From Actinomycetota bacterium (GTDB lineage Bacteria; Actinomycetota; CADDZG01; JAHWKV01; JAOPZY01), in NCBI GenBank assembly GCA_025963875.1, contig JAOPZY010000184.1:1-34829 (forward strand): a DNA stretch of 34,829 bases, read 5' to 3'. The notes beneath the pieces are model-generated. The model was given only the letters and a program-made list of their open reading frames with translations. It made no database searches and was not told the DNA's origin. A program made the position numbers and the translations under genes. Positions 27,366 to 34,829 of this stretch are shown here, one piece after another; the stretch's first letter is position 1; each line of letters begins with the position of its first letter.

Positions 27366-28676
27366 TTACCAGCCGACGATGGCGCCTCCGCCCTTGGGTA
27401 TCGGGACCCGGGGCACGCCCGCCGCCTGGATGAGCTGGAAGGCGGCATCGCGGACCGTGATGCCATCCCGTTCCGCCAGGGCCGCGATGGCACCGGCCAC
27501 CGCCGGGGTCGCGAACGAGGTCCCGGTCCACCTCGCCCAGCCCTCGAAATCTCGGGCTGCCAAGGACACCCCGCTGGGAAGGGGAAGCACAGCATCGTCC
27601 CACTCCAGGAAGAAGGTGCTTACCCAGTCCCCGATCGCCCAGGCGTCGACCCACCATCCGAAGTTGCTGTAGGAGGCCGGGGGCGTCTGATCGGAGGCCT
27701 GCGCCCGGGGGGCGCTCTCCGCGCCGGGATCCAGGGCGCCCACCCCGAAGACCCGCTTCTGGGCTGCGGGCCAGAACGGTCTGGCCACTCCCTGGTTGCC
27801 GGCAGCGGCGACCACCACGATCTCGGGCGGTAGGGCGGCGATGGTGGCCCCCAGCGCCAGCAGCGGCGCGTCGTTGTCGGTGAACGCACCGAACGAGAGG
27901 CTGAGGATGTCGGGCCTCTCCCTCTCTACCAGTTCGACGAGGGCGTTGCGGGCGTCGATCTCGGTGGCGAAGCCTTCGCTGTCGAGGACGCGATGGAGGG
28001 CCACACGGGCGTAGGGGGCGGTCTGGAGCACGACGCCAGCGCAGAAGGTGCCATGACCCGCTTCGTCGTCGAGGTGTCCGTCTGGGGGGAGCCTGTCCCG
28101 GAGGTCGTCGTCGTGGGCGGGGTCGTCGACCGCGCAATTCTCCAGGAAGGGGTGCTCGGGACGGGTGCCGTCCAGGGCGATGCCCGTGTCGAGAATGCCC
28201 ACGGTGATCATGCCCGGCTCACCCGGGGTGGCGTCAGTCGGGGGATCCGCCGGCTCCGCGAAAGAGATGGGGCCTCCCGGGTTGCCCATCACATCTCCCG
28301 CTCCGGTCATGATGAGGTTGGGTGCCACCAGAGGAATGCGTCCCGATTCGGGGTCCCGCCGGCGCAGGATCGCCAGGAGCTCGGGCACGGTCTCTTCGGT
28401 TTCGATCTGGAGATGGGCCACTCCGTGAAGGGCCTTGCCGACGGGGTTCACCTCGGCGCCGAAGATCCCCAGCCTCGCTGCGACGATGTCGAGGTCACCG
28501 GCGTTGACGAGAATCTCGTTCGGGCGGTACAGATACCCGGGTCCTACCGCGATGTCTCCGGCTGCGATCCGCCTCCTGAGCAATTCCTCACGGTAGCGCC
28601 TCCGAATCGACGGCGGTAAGCGGTCCTGCTTGACGCCGACACGTTCTGCGTCGTCTGGCTCCTCGGAATACCGCAC
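27366..28676 (-). CDS. S8/S53 subtilase-family serine protease, no signal peptide
   Basis: Triad ILDTG, GHGTFCAG, GTSFATP; oxyanion AAAGN; SD gaggggg before GTG 28676; charged N-terminal pro-region. Confidence 0.92.
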   Translation of the reverse strand: MRYSEEPDDAERVGVKQDRLPPSIRRRYREELLRRRIAAGDIAVGPGYLYRPNEILVNAGDLDIVAARLGIFGAEVNPVGKALHGVAHLQIETEETVPELLAILRRRDPESGRIPLVAPNLIMTGAGDVMGNPGGPISFAEPADPPTDATPGEPGMITVGILDTGIALDGTRPEHPFLENCAVDDPAHDDDLRDRLPPDGHLDDEAGHGTFCAGVVLQTAPYARVALHRVLDSEGFATEIDARNALVELVERERPDILSLSFGAFTDNDAPLLALGATIAALPPEIVVVAAAGNQGVARPFWPAAQKRVFGVGALDPGAESAPRAQASDQTPPASYSNFGWWVDAWAIGDWVSTFFLEWDDAVLPLPSGVSLAARDFEGWARWTGTSFATPAVAGAIAALAERDGITVRDAAFQLIQAAGVPRVPIPKGGGAIVGW

Positions 28677-28738
28677 GTCAGTGTCCCCCCTCGGTCGCAG
28701 TTCGTTGCGGATGCTCGCGCACAAGCCTCTTCAGGAAA

Positions 28739-28778
28739 AGGACCACATTCCCGACTGCTTGATACACGGAGCTATCAT
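28739..28778. promoter_or_regulatory. Divergent S8/CHAT control region: GTATCA-N17-TCCT (- strand), TATCAT -10 (+ strand), TGATA-N8-TATCA palindrome
   Basis: TGATAC 28760-28765; TATCAT 28773-28778; minus-strand TCCT 28742-28739. Confidence 0.45.
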
Positions 28779-28810
28779 TTCGCAGCCGTTGGCCTGACCG
28801 GGAGGTGAAG

Positions 28811-31471
28811 GTGGGCGGTGCCAAAGAAGCCCCGAGCACCGCCGAAGCGCTGCGCCTGGTCCAGACCGATCCCCACCGGGCACGACAGGTGGCGACGGCC
28901 TGCCTCGAACATTCCGAGGCGGCGGGGGACCCGGCCGGGATAGCGGCGGCGCAACGGGCCCTGGGGCTCACCGCGCGCCAACTCGGAGATGTCGAGGGTG
29001 CGATCGGCCTGTTCCGGGCGTCCATTGCGACGGCGGAGGGCGCCGGGTTGGCCAAACCGGCGGCCGAGGCACGCATGAGCCTGAGCGTGGCCCTCGCCTT
29101 TCGGGGGGATCTCGCGCAGGCCCTCCGCGAGACCGACCTGGCCGCAGGCGTGCTCCGCGGAGCCGATGCTGCTGCGCTGCAGATGAACCGCGCCCTCGTT
29201 CTCCAGCTGCTTGGTCGCTCCCAGGATGCACTCGACGGCTACCGGCTGGTGCTGGCGAAGTTTCGGCGGCAGGGCAATGTTCTCTTGGAGGGCCGGTGCC
29301 GCAACAACCGTGGGCTGCTGCATTGGTCGCTCTGGGATTTGAAGGCTGCCGAGGACGACTTCGAGCACGCCGAGCGTCTCTTCCTGGAGCTCGGCCAGGA
29401 TCTTGCGGTCGCCGACGTGCGGTGGAACCTCGGCATACTCGCAGCGCGGCGGGGAGACGTCCCGTCCGCCCTTGCGCTGCTCGATGTGGCGGACGAGTAC
29501 TACGACCGCCATCACATCCCGCGGGCGTACCACTTCATTGACCGGTGTGAGGTGCTGCTGTCTGTCCACCTCGTCGCCGAGGCTCGCCGCGAGGCGGAAC
29601 GAGCGGTCGAGGAGCTCTCTCGGGCGAAGCGGGGGCTGCAGCTTCCCGAAGCCCAGCTCAGCCTCGCCCACGCGGCCCTCCTCGACGGCGACGCGGCGAC
29701 CGCCGTCGCCAACGCGGACGAGGCGCGTCGAGCCTTTGCCGCACAGCGCCGGCCGAGCTGGCAGGCGCTGGCAAGATTCGCCGGGATCCGGGCAGCCCTG
29801 CTGGGTTCGGAGCGGACCCCCGCGACCTTGCGGGCTGCTCGCCGGACCGCGCAGCTCCTCGAGAGCCTGGGCTGGGCCGTTCCGTCGGCGGAGGCTCGCG
29901 TGATCGCCGCTCAGGTTGCCCTGCAGCTCGGGCGCCCTGGTATCGCGGCTTCCGAGCTCAAGCAGGTGAGCCGGGCGCGCCGCTCGGGCCCCGTCCAGCT
30001 GCGGATCCAGGCGTGGCACGCCGAAGCGCTCCTGCGCTCAGGGCGGGGGGACAAACGCGGCGCCGACGGGGCGCTGCGGGCGGGCCTGCGCATCCTCGAG
30101 GGGCACCGGGCCGCGCTCGGGGCCACCGAGCTCAGGGTCCACTCCTCGATGCACGGCACCGAGCTGGCCCAGCTCGGTCTCCGGCTGGCTCTGGAGTCGG
30201 GCGATCCCGGGCGGGTGCTGGCCTGGGCGGAGCGGTGGCGAGCGGCCACCCTGTTGCTGCCGCCCGCCAGGGAGGGGGAGGGGGCCGGCGCAGCGCTCCG
30301 CCACGACCTCACCGAACTCCGTCTCGTCGTGGCGGAGCTGGAGAAGGCGGCCCTCGAAGGCAGGGAGACGGCGGGGCTCCTTCGGCGCCAGGCGGCGCTG
30401 GAGCGGGCCGTCCGCCAGCGCACCCGCCAGGCTGCCGGTGGCGCGGCGCACGACGCAACGGTCGTGAAGGCCGCCGTCTTGAGGGCGGCGCTCGGGGATG
30501 CCGTCCTCGTCGAGCTGGTCGAGATCGATGGAGAGTTGTACGCCCTGGTTGTCCGGGCCGGGGGAGTGCGCCTGCATGCGCTGGGGCCGCTCGCCGCCGT
30601 CGTGGATGAGCTTGACGCGTTGCGCTTTGCCCTGCGCCGGCTTGCCCGGCCCGGTGGCTCGCCGGAACGGGCGGCAGCGGCGGGGGCGTCCGCGGCGTTC
30701 TCAGGGGACCGTCTCGATGCGCTCCTGCTCCGGCCCCTCCGCCCGGAGCTCGGAGAGGGGCCGCTGGTGATGGTCCCGACGGGCGCGCTCCACGCTCTGC
30801 CCTGGGGCCTGCTGCCCACGTGCCGTGGGCGTCCCGTGAGTGTCGCTCCGTCGGCGACGTTGTGGCACCGGGCGCAGGCAAGGGATCGAGAGGATCGGCA
30901 GGCCAGGGATGCCGCGCGGGTGGTCCTTGTCGCAGGGCCGGGCCTTGCGGGGGCCGCGGCGGAGGTTATGTCGCTGCGCCGGCGCTACCGGGGAGCCCAG
31001 AGCTTCACACCCAGGGCGGCCACGGTGGAGTCGGTCCTGTCCGCCCTCGACGGCGCTTCGCTGGCCCACATCGCCGCCCACGGGCGCTTCCGGGCCGACA
31101 ACCCGCTCTTCTCCTCCCTCCTGCTCGCCGACGGCCCGCTGATGGTCTACGACATCGAGCGGATGCGGCGGGCGCCCCGGCAGATCGTCCTGTCCGCCTG
31201 TGACTCGGGTGTGTCGGGCGTCCGGCCCGGCGACGAGCTGATGGGCCTCGCAGCCGCGCTCTTCGCCCAGAAGGCGAGCACGCTCGTGGCGAGCGTCGTC
31301 CCGGTCTCCGATGAAGCCACCCGGCCCCTGATGCTGCGGTACCACAAGGCGCTCCAGGCCACCGGCAGCCCGGCCGCCGCCCTCGCCAGGGTCGGGCAAG
31401 CCGCGGTAGGTGATGACCCCGCTGCCTATGCGGCTGCAGCGGCGTTCGTGTGCTTCGGGGCCGGCTGGTAG
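28811..31471 (+). CDS. TPR-CHAT caspase-like cysteine protease
   Basis: N-terminal helical TPR-like repeats (NRALVL...GR..DAL; NNRGLLH; WNLGIL...GD...AL); AERWRA; LVMVPTGALHALPW; catalytic HIAAHG and VLSACDSG; F.CFG terminus; GGAGG SD favours GTG 28811 (alternative 28805). Confidence 0.92.
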   Translation: MGGAKEAPSTAEALRLVQTDPHRARQVATACLEHSEAAGDPAGIAAAQRALGLTARQLGDVEGAIGLFRASIATAEGAGLAKPAAEARMSLSVALAFRGDLAQALRETDLAAGVLRGADAAALQMNRALVLQLLGRSQDALDGYRLVLAKFRRQGNVLLEGRCRNNRGLLHWSLWDLKAAEDDFEHAERLFLELGQDLAVADVRWNLGILAARRGDVPSALALLDVADEYYDRHHIPRAYHFIDRCEVLLSVHLVAEARREAERAVEELSRAKRGLQLPEAQLSLAHAALLDGDAATAVANADEARRAFAAQRRPSWQALARFAGIRAALLGSERTPATLRAARRTAQLLESLGWAVPSAEARVIAAQVALQLGRPGIAASELKQVSRARRSGPVQLRIQAWHAEALLRSGRGDKRGADGALRAGLRILEGHRAALGATELRVHSSMHGTELAQLGLRLALESGDPGRVLAWAERWRAATLLLPPAREGEGAGAALRHDLTELRLVVAELEKAALEGRETAGLLRRQAALERAVRQRTRQAAGGAAHDATVVKAAVLRAALGDAVLVELVEIDGELYALVVRAGGVRLHALGPLAAVVDELDALRFALRRLARPGGSPERAAAAGASAAFSGDRLDALLLRPLRPELGEGPLVMVPTGALHALPWGLLPTCRGRPVSVAPSATLWHRAQARDREDRQARDAARVVLVAGPGLAGAAAEVMSLRRRYRGAQSFTPRAATVESVLSALDGASLAHIAAHGRFRADNPLFSSLLLADGPLMVYDIERMRRAPRQIVLSACDSGVSGVRPGDELMGLAAALFAQKASTLVASVVPVSDEATRPLMLRYHKALQATGSPAAALARVGQAAVGDDPAAYAAAAAFVCFGAGW

Positions 31472-31508
31472 AGCGGCAACAGGAGACCGGACTCTAGGAT
31501 GCCCACCA

Positions 31509-33104
31509 ATGGTTCGCCTGATTGGCCGCAGGAAGCGTCCCACGCTCGTCGCGGGCCTGGCCCTCGTTCTTCTCGCCGGCGCCTGCCAGAGCGGCGCCCT
31601 GGCGGAGCCGCCCGCAACCCGCGTCTTCAGAGTCGGCACCGCGCCGCCGGCTTCCCTCGATCCGGTGCTCGCCTCCCAGCCCCAGGAGCGGCTGGTGGCC
31701 AGGCAGCTCTTCGACGGGCTCGTTCGCTACGACGACACGACCGCCGCCGTCGTGCCCGACGTCGCCACGTCGTGGAAGATCAATGCCGCCAACACCGTCT
31801 TCACGTTCCACCTCCGCCCCAAGGCCCGCTTCTCCAGCGGCGAGTACGTGACGGCGCAGAGCTTCGTCCGCGGGCTCACCCGAGCCCTCACCCCCACGGT
31901 CTACCGTGCTCCGGGGTCGCTTGGCTACGAGCTGGACGGGATCGCCGGGGCGGCCGACGTGGAGAGCGGGAAGGCGGCCACCCTTTCGGGTGCGCGGGCC
32001 CTGGACGACGCCACCCTTGAGATCCGGCTGTCGGTCCCCGACGCCCAGTTCCTGGTCCGCTGCGCTGACGCCGCCTTCTCGCCGATGCCGAGTGACTCGG
32101 CGATGGCTGCCCGGCTGCCCTCCTGGAAAGCGTTTCCGCTCGGCAACGGTCCGTTCCAGCTGGGCGGGCCCCTGGTGGCCAACCAGCCGATCGTCCTCGT
32201 GCCCAATGCCCTCCACGCCGGCGGGCATCCGAAGGTGGCCCAGGTGGCGCTCTCGCCGTACCGGGATGTCGGCGCCGCCTACGCCGCCTGGAGATCGGGG
32301 CAGCTCGACTGGACGGCATTCCCGCCGGACCGCACCGGCGAGGTGCGCCATCTCTACCGCCCCAGCTCCCTCATCCGGCCCACCGCAGGGCTGGACGGGC
32401 TTGTCCTTCCCCTGACGACCCCACCCACCGACAACCCGCTCTTCCGTCAGGCGCTCTCGCTGGCCATCGACCGGACGAGGATCGGCCGCTATGTCGTGGG
32501 GAATTCGCTCCTGCCGGCCAACGGGCTGGTCCCGCCCCTCGTCCCGGGCGCCGGGGCATCGAGCCCGACCGCCCCGTGCCCGGTGTGCGCGTACGACCCG
32601 GGCCGGGCACGGCAGTTGCTGGCGCAGTCGGGGGTGAAGGTCGCCGGCGTCTTCCCCCTGTACTTCGCCCAGGGAACGGGTGAGGAGGCGTGGGTCCGGG
32701 CCGTGGCCGGCGACATCGCCTCCGTCCTCGGCATCGACGCCAGGGCGATGCCCCTGCCAGTGGGGCCGGCGGTTCCTCCGGGTGCTACGGCTCTCGCCCG
32801 GCCGATGCGCTACCCGACACCGGACGACTTCCTGGTACTCCTGGTGGGGAGCGGCGGCCGGAACAACACCTCCGGCTACGCCAATCCTGCGTTCGATGCG
32901 CTGGTGGCCTCTGCCCCGTCGGTTTCGGATCCCGGCCTCCGGGCCGCTCGGTACCAGCAGGCCGAGCGGCTTGCCCTCGCGGACCTGCCCATCGTTCCGG
33001 TGTTCTGGCAGCGCAGCTTCCGCCTCGCCCGGCTCAAGGGCTGGAAAGGGCTCGGGATGGACGCCTTCGGTGATCCGACCCTGGCGAGCCTGGCGCCGAA
33101 GTAA
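31509..33104 (+). CDS. Family 5 ABC substrate-binding lipoprotein, copy 3 (paralog of copy 1)
   Basis: Lipobox LAGAC; LFDGLVRYDDTTAAV.P.VATSW, GNGPF, SGYANPAFDAL; TAGGAT -10 at 31495-31500 8 nt before ATG. Confidence 0.88.
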   Translation: MVRLIGRRKRPTLVAGLALVLLAGACQSGALAEPPATRVFRVGTAPPASLDPVLASQPQERLVARQLFDGLVRYDDTTAAVVPDVATSWKINAANTVFTFHLRPKARFSSGEYVTAQSFVRGLTRALTPTVYRAPGSLGYELDGIAGAADVESGKAATLSGARALDDATLEIRLSVPDAQFLVRCADAAFSPMPSDSAMAARLPSWKAFPLGNGPFQLGGPLVANQPIVLVPNALHAGGHPKVAQVALSPYRDVGAAYAAWRSGQLDWTAFPPDRTGEVRHLYRPSSLIRPTAGLDGLVLPLTTPPTDNPLFRQALSLAIDRTRIGRYVVGNSLLPANGLVPPLVPGAGASSPTAPCPVCAYDPGRARQLLAQSGVKVAGVFPLYFAQGTGEEAWVRAVAGDIASVLGIDARAMPLPVGPAVPPGATALARPMRYPTPDDFLVLLVGSGGRNNTSGYANPAFDALVASAPSVSDPGLRAARYQQAERLALADLPIVPVFWQRSFRLARLKGWKGLGMDAFGDPTLASLAPK

Positions 33105-33129
33105 TGGTGGGCATGGGGGTCATGCCGCA

Positions 33130-34740
33130 GTGAGGCGGCCTCGATCCGGGGCCGTCCTCGTCGTGGCCGTCCTTGCTTTCGCTGCACTTGACCTGGTTGC
33201 GTGTACCGGCTCGAAGACCCCCAACGTTGAATCGGCGACGACGCTCACCGAGCTCCGGATCGGGGTCCGCCAGCCGTCCACCCTCGACCCTGCCATGCGG
33301 GCGAACCCCTCCGATCTGCTCGTCGCCCGCCAGATCTACGAGCCGCTGGTGGGCTTCGACCCGCAGACCGGGGCGCTGCTCCCGCGGCTGGCAACGTCCT
33401 GGCAAGTCCTGAATGGCGGGACGGGCTTCCGGTTCCATCTGAGGCCCGACGCCCGGTTCCAGGACGGGGTGACGGTCACCGCGAACGATGTCGCCTTCGA
33501 GCTCAACCGCCTCGCCCGCAAGGACACGAACTCGAGCCTCGCCCACCTCCTGATGCCGGTCGTCGGCTACGACCAGGTCCATGGCACCGGCGAGGCGACG
33601 GAGCTGGCCGGCGTCAAGGTCGAGGACCCGCGCACCCTCGTCATCACCATCACGCAGCCGTGGTACGAGTTCCCCTACGTCCTCGCCGATCCCTCGACGG
33701 CGCCCATTCCGGCGGCCAAGTTCCAGTCCGACCCCGCAGCCTTCCTTCGCCATCCGACCGGGTCGGGCCCCTACGCGCTTGCTTCCGGCTCCGCCCTCCC
33801 GGGCAACCTCGTCCTGGAGCGTTCGAAGCACTACTGGGGGCCGCTCCCGGCGGTTGCCACCGTCCGCTTCGTCAGCGGCGGGTCCCCGTCGGCGGCCCTC
33901 GGCGGCCTCAGGGCGGGGCGCATCGACATCGGGGATGTCGCGCCGGACGCCATGTCGCAGGCGCTGCGCGACTTCGGGAGCCGCGGCTTCACGCCGCTGG
34001 CCGCCGAGATCTCGCTCGGATTCAACCTGACCGATCCGGCGCTCAAGGACCCCCGCCTGCGCCGTGCCGTCAGCATGGCCGTCGACCGCCAGGCGATCGG
34101 CAAGAAGGTCTACGGAGACGTCCTCGTGCCCGCCGACGGCCTCATCCCGCGGGGCCTGCCAGGACACACGGAGCTGGCGTGCGCCGACTCGTGCGTTCAC
34201 GACCCCGCGGGGGCCAAGGCGCTGGTGCAGCAGGTGTCGGGCACCGCCCGGCCCGAGATCGCCTACGACTACCCGCGGAGCGGGACGAACGACGCCGTGG
34301 CCCAGGAGCTCAAATCGGAGCTGGACGCCGCCGGCATCACCCTCGTCCCACGACCGCACGCCCCGATCGACTTCCTGTCCGCGCTCAACACGAACAGCCA
34401 GCAGATGTTCCTGCTGATCTGGGTGGCCGACTACCCCCTCGCCGACTGGTTCCTGGCCCCGCTGTTCAGCGCCAACTCGCCCGACAACCACAGCGGCTAC
34501 AACGACCCGGCGGTCCAGTCCCTCATCGACGCCGAGCGCTCGGATGGGGACCTCGTGCCCCGCCTGGGCCTCGAGAAGCAGATCGAGCAGAAGGTGCTGG
34601 CCGACCTGCCCGTCACGCCGGTGGGCTTCTTCCGCAACCACTACGCAGCCGCCACCCGGGTCCAGGGCTTCTACGTGGACGTGCTGGGCGGCTTCGACGT
34701 GGCCCGCCTCAGCCTCGGCGCCGCGCCGTCGGGTTCGTAG
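33130..34740 (+). CDS. Family 5 ABC substrate-binding lipoprotein, copy 4
   Basis: Lipobox LVAC; PSTLDP, IYEPLV, PRLATSW, FQDG..VTA.DV, GSGPY, LRRAVSMAVDR, WVADYP. Confidence 0.88.
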   Translation: MRRPRSGAVLVVAVLAFAALDLVACTGSKTPNVESATTLTELRIGVRQPSTLDPAMRANPSDLLVARQIYEPLVGFDPQTGALLPRLATSWQVLNGGTGFRFHLRPDARFQDGVTVTANDVAFELNRLARKDTNSSLAHLLMPVVGYDQVHGTGEATELAGVKVEDPRTLVITITQPWYEFPYVLADPSTAPIPAAKFQSDPAAFLRHPTGSGPYALASGSALPGNLVLERSKHYWGPLPAVATVRFVSGGSPSAALGGLRAGRIDIGDVAPDAMSQALRDFGSRGFTPLAAEISLGFNLTDPALKDPRLRRAVSMAVDRQAIGKKVYGDVLVPADGLIPRGLPGHTELACADSCVHDPAGAKALVQQVSGTARPEIAYDYPRSGTNDAVAQELKSELDAAGITLVPRPHAPIDFLSALNTNSQQMFLLIWVADYPLADWFLAPLFSANSPDNHSGYNDPAVQSLIDAERSDGDLVPRLGLEKQIEQKVLADLPVTPVGFFRNHYAAATRVQGFYVDVLGGFDVARLSLGAAPSGS

Positions 34741-34763
34741 CCGGGCGGGCCGGGGTGCCCCGG

Positions 34764-34769
34764 TATACT
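34764..34769 (+). promoter_or_regulatory. -10 element of tRNA promoter
   Basis: TATACT 13 nt upstream of the tRNA 5' end. Confidence 0.55.
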
Positions 34770-34782
34770 TCACGAGGTTCGA

Positions 34783-34829
34783 GTCGGAGTGGCGGAACCT
34801 GGTAGACGCGCTAGGTTGAGGGCCTAGTG
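34783..34829 (+). tRNA. tRNA-Leu(GAG), 5' part, truncated by window end
   Basis: GTCGGAG-TG-GCGGAACCTGGTAGACGC-G-CTAGG-TTGAGGG-CCTAG: D arm and anticodon arm with GAG. Confidence 0.92.

Noticed and set aside
28678..29076. 132 aa minus-strand ORF upstream of S8 considered as a sigma-factor remnant
   Set aside because: Mostly antisense to CHAT and has no sigma region 2 or region 4 motifs
1..34829. CRISPR array, cas, gasdermin, integrase or transposase accompanying the CHAT protease
   Set aside because: No regularly spaced repeats or matching ORFs were found in the window

Overview
High-GC (~70%) chromosomal window, most likely from a deep-branching actinobacterium (Streptomyces-like WhiG, leaderless genes, no uppS between frr and cdsA, but a short-form EF-Ts). 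Left part (1-7.8 kb) is accessory: secreted SGNH lipase, exported HNH-like protein, aldo/keto reductase, a small protein of the type usually encoded beside ECF sigma factors, a GYP-less HD-GYP protein, a SAM methyltransferase and a membrane HD-GYP protein with four extracellular IPT/TIG repeats, divergent from whiG. The middle (9.3-19.3 kb) is core: rpsB leader, rpsB-tsf-pyrH-frr-cdsA-dxr-rseP, then gap-pgk-tpiA-secG. Between secG and a truncated tRNA-Leu(GAG) at the right edge is a 15.5 kb block with an Opp/Dpp ABC operon, four family-5 binding proteins and, nested among them, a divergent cytoplasmic S8 subtilase / TPR-CHAT caspase-like protease pair. The best candidate for a new system is a dispersed proteolytic signalling module (TPR-CHAT, S8, putative anti-sigma, GYP-less HD protein). 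Three of these genes share an ECF-like upstream motif, TATCA-N17-TC(T/C). The cognate sigma factor is not in the window. No CRISPR array, integrase or transposase was seen. All calls come from reading motifs by eye; no database search was run.
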